From a bacterium (GTDB taxonomy: Bacteria; Patescibacteriota; CG2-30-54-11; JBAXVQ01), in contig JBAXVQ010000001.1 in the NCBI GenBank assembly GCA_037128935.1, positions 60,124-124,123 of the forward strand: a stretch of DNA of 64,000 bases, read 5' to 3'. A program made the translations under genes and the position numbers. Of the stretch, positions 27,014 through 35,847 are shown in pieces; position 1 is the first letter of the stretch, and each line of letters begins with the position of its first letter. A model generated the notes under the pieces. That model saw only the letters and a list, made by a program, of their open reading frames with translations, made no database searches and was not told the DNA's origin.

Positions 27014-27674
27014 AACTTACTATCTTATCGAAATATTCCTTGTAAAAATTAAATATCTCTTTATTGATTGTGATGCAACCATTTTCTGTTCTTGGGTTCG
27101 TGTTAATGTTTGCACTTGTTTCTATCCCGAAATGGAATTTTTCGCCGTACCTTGCAAAGATTTTGCTGTGATTCTTGAAAACACAAATACGACCACAATC
27201 AAACTTTTCAAAAACTTCCTTTAACTTTCTGTATTCTTGTGTGTAACTTCCCGGGAAGATTTCCCCAACGTAAGCATCTAGTTTCTTGATTCTCCCTTCT
27301 TCTAACCATTCCTCAAATTGTAGAATATCATCACCGCTCATACACCAAGTTGAGAACAGGCAATAGTCTAGGTTTTGTTGTCTCAACACAACTTTTAAGT
27401 ACGATAAAGCATCAACGTCACCGCCCGTTATGCAGTGATACGACTCTCCGTCTTTGAAGTCAAAACCAACTGCATCTAGTAATTGCGTTTCTGAATATGC
27501 TCTTCGATATAAGTGTCTATCACTCCTAACTATGCACTCTGTTTTTCTTCTTCTTGTGCCCTTTTTTTCAGGCTCGATAGTTTCGCTTTCCTGTTCTTGT
27601 TTTTTATCAAAATCAAAAAAAGAAAACTCTAAATCATTATTGGTTAATTGTTCTTGTGTGAACACAATCCACAC
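26997..27674 (-). CDS. hypothetical protein (225 aa)
   Basis: Acidic N-terminus. Conserved-looking C-terminal block FHFGIETSANINTNPRTENGCITINKE. No confident family assignment. Confidence 0.3.
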   Translation of the reverse strand: MWIVFTQEQLTNNDLEFSFFDFDKKQEQESETIEPEKKGTRRRKTECIVRSDRHLYRRAYSETQLLDAVGFDFKDGESYHCITGGDVDALSYLKVVLRQQNLDYCLFSTWCMSGDDILQFEEWLEEGRIKKLDAYVGEIFPGSYTQEYRKLKEVFEKFDCGRICVFKNHSKIFARYGEKFHFGIETSANINTNPRTENGCITINKEIFNFYKEYFDKIVSFERQG

Positions 27675-27687
27675 CCCCTAAAATTAC

Positions 27688-28050
27688 TCAAACGCTAGTT
27701 TTTTTTTGGCTGTTTGTCAAGAGATACATACACCATTTGTTAACTGCTAAATGTATTTCGTCAGTATTGGAAGTGAAAAGACAAACAACTTCATACTTTC
27801 CTATTTCGCATCCAATAAACCTTCTTCTCAACCTTTCACGATGATCAAACGGCTTTCCCTTCAAGTTATCACCTATGGGGTTGAATTGAGTATCAGCAGG
27901 GCAAGCTATCTGACTTGCCCTAGCTGATGCTGACATTAACTGCCGTCTTCTCTGTTGCTGTTTCCACGAGTCGCCGCCAAACTTCTTTTTCAGTTGCTTA
28001 GAAAGCTCCCACATACCCTTTATTTGTTTTGGGTTTTTGATGGGCTTCAT
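27688..28050 (-). CDS. hypothetical protein
   Basis: 120-aa basic ORF. Confidence 0.3.
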   Translation of the reverse strand: MKPIKNPKQIKGMWELSKQLKKKFGGDSWKQQQRRRQLMSASARASQIACPADTQFNPIGDNLKGKPFDHRERLRRRFIGCEIGKYEVVCLFTSNTDEIHLAVNKWCMYLLTNSQKKTSV

Positions 28051-28313
28051 TTGAAGTCCCCAATGATTATTTTTTCTAGTTGTTCGATTCTTTTTGTTTG
28101 TAGATGTTGATGGATTGTTAAGACAATAATGTGTGCATACCCTAGCAATATAAACAGAAAGAGAGTTTGGTAGTCGGTCATCTCAAAGACCTCCCCATTT
28201 AAGTTTTTTTAATTCTCGCCTTGTTTTAGCTATTACCAGAACACAAAGGCAGGAGGTAGTAACAAAGACAACCAAGCAAAAACAGATCCCAAGAACAATT
28301 TCAAGGTAATCCC

Positions 28314-28895
28314 TCATCTCACCCCCTCCCCAAAGTAAGCCGCCATTGTCTCTTTGTCGTTGAATAGTTCCAATGCTTCTTCTTCAGTGTTGCGGGTAAG
28401 TCCTGCGTGGTAGCGAGTAATATCAACACCAGACAAAAAGAAAGAGTCTAATACGTGTCCGTCTGATACATGCCAGTATCGATCATTCCAGTTCGGCATC
28501 TTCCCCACATTCTTCCTAGATTCCGCCCTCAGCCGTTCGTTCTTCTCTTCTTTGGTTTCAACTGTAAACTTCTTTTCAGCACATTCTCTGCACAAGATAT
28601 TGATAGTGTCTTTTGTGTCTCCAACGGTTGTGTATTTTTGCACGTCGGGAGAATTGCACATTTCGCATCGTGGTGAGTCCGACTCCTCCTGCTGCGGTTC
28701 TTCTCCCCAGCCTTCTTCAAGCTCAAAATATTCTGCAAACTCATCAAAAGAACAATACTGTACGTACAAAAATACGTTTGTGATATACATCACTATTTTT
28801 TTTTTGTTATTGAGTCCACAAATGTTCGCTCTTGTATCGCTGCCTTTTCTCTTCCACACCTGTCCTGTTTTGATCTGTTGATTACTCGTTGTCAT
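28314..28895 (-). CDS. hypothetical zinc-ribbon protein
   Basis: Likely start MTTSNQ at 28895, overlapping the upstream stop; the track ORF extends to 29003 in another gene's space. Contains CEMCNSP...CRECAEKK. Confidence 0.3.
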   Translation of the reverse strand: MTTSNQQIKTGQVWKRKGSDTRANICGLNNKKKIVMYITNVFLYVQYCSFDEFAEYFELEEGWGEEPQQEESDSPRCEMCNSPDVQKYTTVGDTKDTINILCRECAEKKFTVETKEEKNERLRAESRKNVGKMPNWNDRYWHVSDGHVLDSFFLSGVDITRYHAGLTRNTEEEALELFNDKETMAAYFGEGVR

Positions 28896-29208
28896 AATAG
28901 AGCTCCAAAACCTTGTATAGGTCTTCTGTTGTTGTGAAATTGACTTTTTTTCCGTAGATGAAAACCCCTTTATCTTTCTCTCCCCAACAGCTTTCATAAA
29001 CAAAATGATCTATCCATTCCGCCTTGTCGTTTGTGATTTTGACAAGTAAATCACGTACTAGCTTGATGAATTTTTCAGGTGAGTATCCATCAAAGTATGG
29101 GGATATTTTTCGCAACGCTTTTGATAATTCCTCTGATTCATCTAGTGCTTTTTTGTAGAGTTCCATGGTAGAAACAAATTCTTCTAGCGTGATGGGTATA
29201 TTACTCAT
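28882..29208 (-). CDS. hypothetical protein
   Basis: 108-aa ORF. Confidence 0.3.
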   Translation of the reverse strand: MSNIPITLEEFVSTMELYKKALDESEELSKALRKISPYFDGYSPEKFIKLVRDLLVKITNDKAEWIDHFVYESCWGEKDKGVFIYGKKVNFTTTEDLYKVLELYYDNE

Positions 29209-29449
29209 ATTTAATTGCCTCCTGAGCCGACAACACGACAGGTTGACGGTCGTTGTACAGAATTGTTGTTGATCTCAAAATTCCACCAAATTCCCTAATT
29301 CTATCTTGGAATGAAGCCATTGTTTCGGCTGACTTGTTTCCCTTTTCAACTTCTACCCATCGTTCTTTGAAGCTTGGGGTTTTATCTAACCTCTGCAAGA
29401 TTGCTATGTTGTCTTTTGTCTCAACGAATATGCGAAACTCTGGTTTCAC
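29201..29449 (-). CDS. hypothetical protein
   Basis: 82-aa ORF. Confidence 0.3.
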   Translation of the reverse strand: MKPEFRIFVETKDNIAILQRLDKTPSFKERWVEVEKGNKSAETMASFQDRIREFGGILRSTTILYNDRQPVVLSAQEAIKYE

Positions 29450-29451
29450 GT

Positions 29452-29661
29452 TTACCCCTTCACAATCGGCGTTTTATTGCCGTTTACTAAGATTTTTTTC
29501 ACATTGTGAACGGTTCTCTTCACCTGCTCCGTTTTGCCCTTCAGCACTTGAATCTCATCAGGGTTGTAGGTCACCCCATCTTGGAATAGTGCCAAACCTT
29601 TGAACAGGTTGAACCGCACGCCTAGGATGACGCTGTTGTGTTCATAGAGTTCGCTGAACAT
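29452..29661 (-). CDS. hypothetical protein
   Basis: 69-aa ORF. Confidence 0.25.
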   Translation of the reverse strand: MFSELYEHNSVILGVRFNLFKGLALFQDGVTYNPDEIQVLKGKTEQVKRTVHNVKKILVNGNKTPIVKG

Positions 29662-29873
29662 AATTTTTTCTCGTTTTTCACCTCTTCAAGATGCGCTAAA
29701 ATGTCACGTCCTAGGTTGTATCTTAAAAGCTTAAAAGGGCGGGTAATTAAGCCTTGAATGTGGTGTTGGCTATCTTCGTCCACCTCCGACAACAAAACGG
29801 CGTTGTGGGCTATTTTTTCGCTTTCATCGACTATTCTGATTATCTCTGAGTGTAATCTTTGCAGGTTTTTCAT
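29622..29873 (-). CDS. hypothetical protein
   Basis: 83-aa ORF. Confidence 0.25.
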   Translation of the reverse strand: MKNLQRLHSEIIRIVDESEKIAHNAVLLSEVDEDSQHHIQGLITRPFKLLRYNLGRDILAHLEEVKNEKKLCSANSMNTTASS

Positions 29874-30229
29874 TATTTCACCTCTCGGAAGTCTAGGTTT
29901 GGGTATTTATGGAGCAGCATTTTCTTTTTTATTCGGTAAACAGGCGTCACCATTCCCTTCACGTCTTCAACAACAAAAACGCTGTTCTCGTAGTAGCTGA
30001 AATCAGCAACGTACTTTATGCCTGCATAAAGCTCGAATTTTGGCTGTAACTTGAGGTCTTGAATATCTTTCACCTTCTCCATGAGCTTTAGTTGGCAGTA
30101 ACGTCTCATCTCGGCTTTTGAAGCGAACGTTACACCGTCTAGTGTTCGCTCTTCTTTCGGTGCTACGCCGTACTTGTGCTTTTTTTTCAACATTTGCTGA
30201 AACTCTTTTGCAGTTACTCTTGTACTCAT
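29873..30229 (-). CDS. DUF1064-family phage protein (predicted nuclease fold)
   Basis: Family pattern GVTFASKAEMRRYCQLKLMEKVKDIQDLKLQPKFEL...YVADFSYYENSVFVVEDVKG. Confidence 0.6.
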   Translation of the reverse strand: MSTRVTAKEFQQMLKKKHKYGVAPKEERTLDGVTFASKAEMRRYCQLKLMEKVKDIQDLKLQPKFELYAGIKYVADFSYYENSVFVVEDVKGMVTPVYRIKKKMLLHKYPNLDFREVK

Positions 30230-30546
30230 TTCATCCCCAATTCTTTAGCGTAGAAGCTACAAACAACATCCCCTAGCTCTTTTTTCCAGTAGCCCGATAT
30301 TGTTCTCAGGCTTTTCTTCGGGTACATCTTTTTGAGCATATGGGGGAAGCAGTAGTGCTTACCTGAAAATTCGTGTTCTACTAACTCACCGTCATGCGGC
30401 ATCCATGGAGTCCCAAGGTACTTGTTAGCTATTTGCTTAGAGGTGTAAAGCGGTTCTTCGCACGTTTCGCAGTAAGATTTCGGAAAGCCTGCGCTTTTTT
30501 TAGTTCCCCACTTTGTTGAGTGCCCAACTGGTCTTCCTTTTGTCAT
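30226..30546 (-). CDS. hypothetical Cys/His-rich protein
   Basis: 106 aa with CETCEEP...HYCFPH. Confidence 0.3.
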   Translation of the reverse strand: MTKGRPVGHSTKWGTKKSAGFPKSYCETCEEPLYTSKQIANKYLGTPWMPHDGELVEHEFSGKHYCFPHMLKKMYPKKSLRTISGYWKKELGDVVCSFYAKELGMK

Positions 30547-30565
30547 TGGTTTTTGCTCCTGTTGG

Positions 30566-30802
30566 TTAGATGCCTAGCCATTGCGCAAGTGATCGCATTG
30601 CTCTTTCGTAGAGTTCTGAATCACCTTCACATTCACGGCTGATTTGTTGTTTTAGTTCGTTGTATTTTTCGTCACCACCGCGGCCTCTTGTAGTGCCGTA
30701 AATGATCCCAAAAACACGTTCTTCTTTTGAAAGCCCATCGGTTCGTGGATCTTCTTCTGCCAAGTGCATCATCACCTGACTTATTCGATTTCGGAGTTGC
30801 AT
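30566..30802 (-). CDS. hypothetical protein
   Basis: 78-aa ORF. Confidence 0.3.
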   Translation of the reverse strand: MQLRNRISQVMMHLAEEDPRTDGLSKEERVFGIIYGTTRGRGGDEKYNELKQQISRECEGDSELYERAMRSLAQWLGI

Positions 30803-32034
30803 GAGATAGCTCCTGTGTCGATATTCTGGAAGTAGGTGAATTTCCCCAGCTTCCCAAACCTTGATTTTTTGATGTCTGCGGTGAAGTCCTGTCCTTCACG
30901 GCTGATTATTACCGCAAGGTCAACAACTGCCCCAAGCTCACCAGCACCCTTGAATCCAATCATCTTACTGTTAGCATTCTTTGCACTCTCATTACTCAGT
31001 TGCGAGACCATAATCACGGTACAATCCAGTTTTTTCGCAAGGTGTTGGAGCTTCACGGCTGCCTGTTTTTGAGACTCAAAAATATCCTTGTCTGGGTAGA
31101 GGTTTTGCACAAAGTCGACAATCAGCACATCTAACCCCGTCGATCTTTTGTCTGCCCTTGCAAGCGTTTCGATTGCTTCAACTGATCGAGTGAATCCATC
31201 ATGTATTTTTAGGTTGAGCTGTTTGAGTTTTTCAAGTGCTAACGGTCTTTTCTCTCTCCCCATTTCTAGTATCTTTGTGGCTATTCCGCATTGCATTGAG
31301 TACAGTCTCAGCACGATGTCGATTGGGTTCATTTCGAGTGAAAAATAGGAAACACGAGCCCCAGTGTTCAGTACGTTGAGCATTGTTTGCAGCACAAAAC
31401 TAGTCTTTCCGCTGCCTGTATACCCGCCAATGCCCCATATATGCCCACGGCAAAGACCCTTAGTGAATGAGTCAATCCATGGAAAGCCTGATTTGATACC
31501 AAAAGTTCCCCTTGATGCGTTCTCGGTTACGATGCCATCTATTTGGTCGACAAAGTGAGCAATGCCCCGCTTTTGTGTGCCTATTTCCATCTCTTCGATC
31601 ATGTTTGCAGCGTCAACGATAAGCTCGACGTAATCAGCTTTTCCCCGATAATCATCAGTTGGAGAACTAGCAACCTTGTGGAGTTCATCTGCTGCCTTGA
31701 GTATTTGCCTGTCGATGAAGCGTGCAATGATTTCCTTTGCAGCTGATACGGTTTGTGACTTGCCGGTAATCCAGCTTATGCCCTCGGCTAGCAGGTGTTT
31801 AACCAATTCCTCTGATTTGCTGTTGAATTTGCAAGCCCTTAAAAGCTCGATCACGTCAAGGTCTTTGCTGTCGGCGTATAGCTTTTTCATCGCCCCGTAC
31901 AGGATGCGAAACTCATCAAACTCAAAATGATTCTCATCAAGCTGTGATGCTACAAAGTCCATGTTCTTCTCGAAAAAGTCAGGGCTGCAAAGAACGGACG
32001 CCAAAAAACGTTGTTCTACTTCTCTCGTGTTCAT
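30781..32034 (-). CDS. replicative DNA helicase, DnaB-like
   Basis: DnaB N-terminal domain plus a RecA-like C-terminal domain with Walker A GIGGYTGSGKTSFVLQ. 417 aa. Confidence 0.85.
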   Translation of the reverse strand: MNTREVEQRFLASVLCSPDFFEKNMDFVASQLDENHFEFDEFRILYGAMKKLYADSKDLDVIELLRACKFNSKSEELVKHLLAEGISWITGKSQTVSAAKEIIARFIDRQILKAADELHKVASSPTDDYRGKADYVELIVDAANMIEEMEIGTQKRGIAHFVDQIDGIVTENASRGTFGIKSGFPWIDSFTKGLCRGHIWGIGGYTGSGKTSFVLQTMLNVLNTGARVSYFSLEMNPIDIVLRLYSMQCGIATKILEMGREKRPLALEKLKQLNLKIHDGFTRSVEAIETLARADKRSTGLDVLIVDFVQNLYPDKDIFESQKQAAVKLQHLAKKLDCTVIMVSQLSNESAKNANSKMIGFKGAGELGAVVDLAVIISREGQDFTADIKKSRFGKLGKFTYFQNIDTGAISCNSEIE

Positions 32035-32999
32035 GCTGCCACCTCTTCAACTTTGGTTTTCTGTAGCCTAAACTTGACGCTGCTAGGGTAGAATTTACGC
32101 CATGGGAAGTCGGCTTTCTTCGCACCAGTGCCGTTGCCCCACTGCTCGCTGCTACTCGTTGACTCCACGCCCCAGTGATAATCCCGTTCACTCGCCACTT
32201 TTGCCACGTCCTCCTGAAATTTGAAAATCGAGTAGTCCATGCCATCGGTCTTCTCGTTCAGGTTCTCCAGCAATTCGGCAATAACGGCGTAGGGAAGCAA
32301 CGAACACAGTGCCTCGATGATGTCCCTAGCCTTCGCAATCCCAGCAACCCCGAACTTGGAAACCGACACGGGGTACAGCGTCCGGTACTTGTCCATCAAG
32401 CCGTCCACCTGCTTTGGTGTTGCATCCCCCGCATTTCCTCCAACCGGTTTCAAAACTTTTTTCTCTCCCTCGCCTTCACTGTTTTTTTCCACTCCACTAC
32501 CCTCCACAGAGAGAGAGTATTTACTTGAAGATGAAGATGAAGATGAAGATGAAGATGAAGATGAAGATGAAGGGGGGGGTAAATTTTTTTTCCGTGGGTT
32601 AACCTCTTGGTTATCCTTTTGGTTATCCAAATTCGGATTTCCTCCCCTCTTTCCAACTTCTGCTCTCTTGGCTTTCAGTCTTGCATCTTTTACCATTCTT
32701 GGAGAATAAAAACCCTTCTCATCAGAGGCTATTACATCGTGCTTTAAAAGTTCGTTAAAAAGTCGATTAAACGTCTTTGAATTCTCTTTCAAAAGCCGAT
32801 GTAAGTCCGATGTAGTAGCGTATGAATTGCCGATCATTAGGTAACCGGAGTCCGATGATTGGTGCATAAAACACAAAAGATCAATCAATAATCCCTTCGA
32901 TTCACGGGAAATCATTGCTAATTTACTGGATGATAACCAGTCGTTTGAATAGAATTGAAACGCCGGTGCCTTATTGTTTTTTTCCATTTTCCGCCTCAC
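32031..32999 (-). CDS. DUF1376-family phage replication-module protein with internal poly-Ser tract
   Basis: N-terminal KAPAFQFYSNDWLSSSKLAMISRESKGLLIDLLCFMHQS matches DUF1376. Contains S16 encoded by (TCATCT)7 and PPP from a C8 run. Confidence 0.6.
   Translation of the reverse strand: MRRKMEKNNKAPAFQFYSNDWLSSSKLAMISRESKGLLIDLLCFMHQSSDSGYLMIGNSYATTSDLHRLLKENSKTFNRLFNELLKHDVIASDEKGFYSPRMVKDARLKAKRAEVGKRGGNPNLDNQKDNQEVNPRKKNLPPPSSSSSSSSSSSSSSSSKYSLSVEGSGVEKNSEGEGEKKVLKPVGGNAGDATPKQVDGLMDKYRTLYPVSVSKFGVAGIAKARDIIEALCSLLPYAVIAELLENLNEKTDGMDYSIFKFQEDVAKVASERDYHWGVESTSSSEQWGNGTGAKKADFPWRKFYPSSVKFRLQKTKVEEVAA
32527..32591. repeat. simple-sequence cluster: (GAAGAT)7, G8, T8 (plus strand)
   Basis: Hexanucleotide tandem repeat at 32527-32568, G8 at 32572-32579 and T8 at 32584-32591, all inside the DUF1376 CDS. 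Confidence 0.9.
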
Positions 33000-33030
33000 T
33001 TATAAGTGATACTTATCGGGTTATTTTTTT

Positions 33031-33501
33031 CTACGCTACTCGTTGATCTTCGATGTACTTATGTATGAATCTTTTGGATGCTGTAAAAAGCTCTTGATCT
33101 TCTTCTGGCAACGCTCTAACCGCTGCAATTCGTGGGTACTCTTTGCCGTCTTTTCCCTGCATTGTAATGTCAAGAAAAACGTTTCTACCAAGCAAATCGT
33201 CTGTATCAAAATCCGCTTCAACATCCTCACTCACTAGGTTTCTCCCTAAGAGGGCTTCAACATGAAGCCTCATTTTTGCTTTACCTGAAATACTAGCCGT
33301 CAATTCTTCTGTTACCGTTGTGCAAAACGGCTCTAGGAAGTCACCTATTTGTATCTCGTAGCAGAAGACCGCTTTCCGCTGAGTTACTTCCTTACCTTCA
33401 AACGTGCTTGTCTTCTCTCCAATGTCAACAACATCGAATAATACCGCCTTGTACGTTCCATTTTTGAGGGTTTCACTAAACTTGCCTGCTGGTATGATCA
33501 T
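33031..33501 (-). CDS. DUF669-like protein (putative ssDNA-binding, by pattern and synteny)
   Basis: N-terminus MIIPAGKFSETLKNGTYKAVLFDVVDIGEK...EGKEVTQRKAVFCYEI. Lies next to the AAA_24 ATPase, as is common for DUF669. Confidence 0.45.
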   Translation of the reverse strand: MIIPAGKFSETLKNGTYKAVLFDVVDIGEKTSTFEGKEVTQRKAVFCYEIQIGDFLEPFCTTVTEELTASISGKAKMRLHVEALLGRNLVSEDVEADFDTDDLLGRNVFLDITMQGKDGKEYPRIAAVRALPEEDQELFTASKRFIHKYIEDQRVA

Positions 33502-33514
33502 GTGTTTTTTATCC

Positions 33515-33982
33515 TTATTCTTTTAGGTGTTTTTTGGCTGCTTCTTCGTCAATCAACATGGCGTATGGTTCTCCCAACGCCTTCTTGACTTGTATGCGTT
33601 TTATCGCATCTTTTAGCTCTATTGGTTGGTTCTCATCCTCTAACAGTGCGTTGATTGCTTTGGTGTCTGCTTTCACAAAAACCGCTAACTTGTCGGTCAA
33701 TATCTCTTGCAGCTTGGTCACTGGATAGTCATAGCGGGTTGCTTGTCGAATAACGAACCTGTAACGGTTGTTCACGATCAATTGATCATCATCACCTACC
33801 CGCTGCATCATGAAGTTTTGCAACTTCTTTTTGTGAAGTTCCAAAAGCTTTAATAATTCGTTGGTTGCCTGTGCTTCTGATGCAAGCTCCGAATCAGTCA
33901 TACTCGCAAGCTCGAACACTTCACCAGTTGTTGGGTTAACCGTTTGCTCTACGATCTTGAAAAGCGTCATACTACTCTCCAA
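33515..33982 (-). CDS. hypothetical protein
   Basis: 155-aa acidic ORF. Confidence 0.3.
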   Translation of the reverse strand: MESSMTLFKIVEQTVNPTTGEVFELASMTDSELASEAQATNELLKLLELHKKKLQNFMMQRVGDDDQLIVNNRYRFVIRQATRYDYPVTKLQEILTDKLAVFVKADTKAINALLEDENQPIELKDAIKRIQVKKALGEPYAMLIDEEAAKKHLKE

Positions 33983-34739
33983 AAAATAGATGGTTAGTGT
34001 CTTCTTGCAGTAACTTCAAAACCTTGTCATAATGTGGGTTCTTTATCGGTTCAACGTTTCCCTGCATTAAGCGGGCTTTTGCTTTGAACTTATCGCCAAC
34101 CGTAGAGGAAAGGTGTAGCAATCTTTCAATCTTTCCTGTTCTACCAGTTTTCGCCTCCATGAATCCGACGTGTTCAGCAAAGTGAAGCGACTCATTTGCC
34201 CCCTTACCTATAAGGTTTGGCTTTGCAATAATTGCGCCGCTGTCATGTACGTCTTCGATCTGTGTGATGATTACTAGATTGATAGGGAGTTTTTTGAGGT
34301 AGGTAAACAGTGCAATTGTTGATGATGATATGTTGCCCCATTCGTCATACCCTAGTTTTTTACCTTTTGAGGTATAGAGAGCATCTGACCAGTGGGCTGG
34401 ATCAAGTCCCTTTGCAAGTGCTATTGCTTCATTTTCTAATGCTGTTACTGAATCGATAACGATAGTCTCAAAAGGAAAACTACCGTCTTCAATCTTCTTT
34501 ATTGATTGCTGTAAAACGTTAAAGAAGTTCTTTTCTATATACTTATTGTTTGGAAAAAACTTCTTGTAGAGTCCGTGGCTTCGATCAGTGTCAAAGATCA
34601 AACACTTTGGGAATGTGCTAGCAAAGATTGATTTGCCTGATCCAGCTGACCCGTAAACGAGCATTTTGACAAAGGTCTTTTCCTGTTGCGGATCTACTAC
34701 CGCTTGCACTTTTTCTAGTTGTTGTGTTACTGTAGTCAT
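33972..34739 (-). CDS. AAA_24 / Sak4-like RecA-fold ATPase
   Basis: MLVYGSAGSGKSIFASTFPKCLIFDTDRS at the N-terminus. 255 aa. Confidence 0.75.
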   Translation of the reverse strand: MTTVTQQLEKVQAVVDPQQEKTFVKMLVYGSAGSGKSIFASTFPKCLIFDTDRSHGLYKKFFPNNKYIEKNFFNVLQQSIKKIEDGSFPFETIVIDSVTALENEAIALAKGLDPAHWSDALYTSKGKKLGYDEWGNISSSTIALFTYLKKLPINLVIITQIEDVHDSGAIIAKPNLIGKGANESLHFAEHVGFMEAKTGRTGKIERLLHLSSTVGDKFKAKARLMQGNVEPIKNPHYDKVLKLLQEDTNHLFFGE

Positions 34740-34772
34740 AGGTTTTCACTTTCTTTGGTTGTTAAAACCTCG

Positions 34773-35003
34773 TTACTTAGCTGTAACGGGGTTTTTTTCG
34801 TTGGTGGTGATTTTATGCCCTGTCCATTTTTCTACTGCTTCTGGTTCGCCCTTAACTGATACCCTAAAAAAATCAGCACCTGTTGTACTGGCTAGGTGCT
34901 TGATCTCTTCATTCCTTTTTTTAGCGAATGAGTAACCTACAAAAAACGATGCAATGATTAAGCTTGATGATGTGATAGTTGAGAGTAAGAAATAGATGTT
35001 CAT
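34773..35003 (-). CDS. small membrane protein
   Basis: 76 aa, N-terminal TM segment LLSTITSSSLIIASFFVGYSFA. Confidence 0.3.
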   Translation of the reverse strand: MNIYFLLSTITSSSLIIASFFVGYSFAKKRNEEIKHLASTTGADFFRVSVKGEPEAVEKWTGHKITTNEKNPVTAK

Positions 35004-35326
35004 TAAGCTACAGCCTCCACAAGTCTTTCTTCTTCAGCGTGCACAGCGAGTGAAGCTGCCTCCGTTGCTTTTTTTGCTTTGTCTTCTTTGATTTGTCGGT
35101 GTTCGTTGATCAGTCTTTTGGATTGAACCTCAAGCGGTAGTAGTGCTTTTCGGTGTTCGTTGGTCACCCTTCGTAATTCAGCAAGCTCTTCATCTGTGAA
35201 CAGGTCTCGAGTCTTCATCATTTTGATGTTCCCTAACCCTCGCACAATAATCACGTCTTCTGTAAGCTTTGTTGCTAACAAGTCTACGCAATCCTCTGTT
35301 ATTTGTGTTTGTAGTGCGTTCGTCAT
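35003..35326 (-). CDS. hypothetical protein, first gene of leftward early/replication operon
   Basis: Likely start is ATG at 35326 with an AAGGAG RBS; the track ORF extends to 35512. Confidence 0.35.
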   Translation of the reverse strand: MTNALQTQITEDCVDLLATKLTEDVIIVRGLGNIKMMKTRDLFTDEELAELRRVTNEHRKALLPLEVQSKRLINEHRQIKEDKAKKATEAASLAVHAEEERLVEAVA

Positions 35327-35650
35327 TTTGCAACTCCTTTTGTTGTTGTTGTGTCCGGTACTAGTAGTAGGAATATGATTGCAATTCCTACGCTGTGTCC
35401 GGTTCTGTTGATCAAGCATTCGACCAATCCGATGAGTGCTAGGGTAGCGAATACACCGGAAAGCTTGATACAGGTTGTGGTTATGTTGTTTTGCATAAAT
35501 GTAATTCAACAAGTAGTTGACTGAGAGTAACTTGTTGTTTTTTTTAGCTCGAAAGATTGTTGTGATTTTTAAAAGTCCGCCAACTTTAAAACTCGTGACT
35601 ACACAACACTGACTCCACTTCTTGTGCTAGCGGTGGATTCGCCCTTTTTG

Positions 35651-35723
35651 TCGCGTTGGTAGGATTTGAACCTACGACCTTCCCAGTTTCGATCTAGGCG
35701 AGCTACCACTGCTCCACAACGCG
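35651..35723 (-). tRNA. tRNA, class I (short variable region), predicted anticodon CGA; isotype uncertain
   Basis: Hand-folded. Acceptor CGCGTTG/CAACGCG, D-arm GAGC-AGTGGTA-GCTC, anticodon stem CCTAG/CTGGG with loop AUCGAAA, T-arm GTAGG-TTCAAAT-CCTAC, discriminator A. No encoded CCA. The body resembles tRNA-Thr. Confidence 0.6.
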
Positions 35724-35752
35724 ATGAAATATGTGATTTGTAGGGAATTGAG

Positions 35753-35793
35753 ATAAAAAAAAGACCACCAAGCGAATTTCGCTTGAAGGTCTT
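35753..35793 (-). terminator. rho-independent terminator downstream of tRNA-Asp
   Basis: Minus strand: hairpin aagaccuucaagcgaa/uucgcuugguggucuu followed by U8. Confidence 0.55.
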
Positions 35794-35847
35794 AAATGTA
35801 AAGTGTGTTAGCTTTTCAGCTTCACACCTTGTGAAGTCTAATTTTAA

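Noticed and set aside
32317-32709. ORFs encoding EDEDEDED, KMKMKMKM and LHLHLHLH dipeptide repeats
   Set aside because: They are alternative-frame readings of the (GAAGAT)7 tract. The real product is the Ser16 stretch of the minus-strand DUF1376 gene.
35160-35512. Plus-strand ORF 35160..35378 and the 5' extension of minus ORF 35003..35512
   Set aside because: The minus gene has a much better start at 35326 with an AAGGAG RBS. The upstream part and the antisense ORF fall in what is probably the early promoter region.
35724-35752. Promoter for the tRNA(CGA) gene between the terminator and the tRNA
   Set aside because: Only weak -10-like (TATTTC/CATATT) hexamers and no convincing -35 are present, so there is too little to call.
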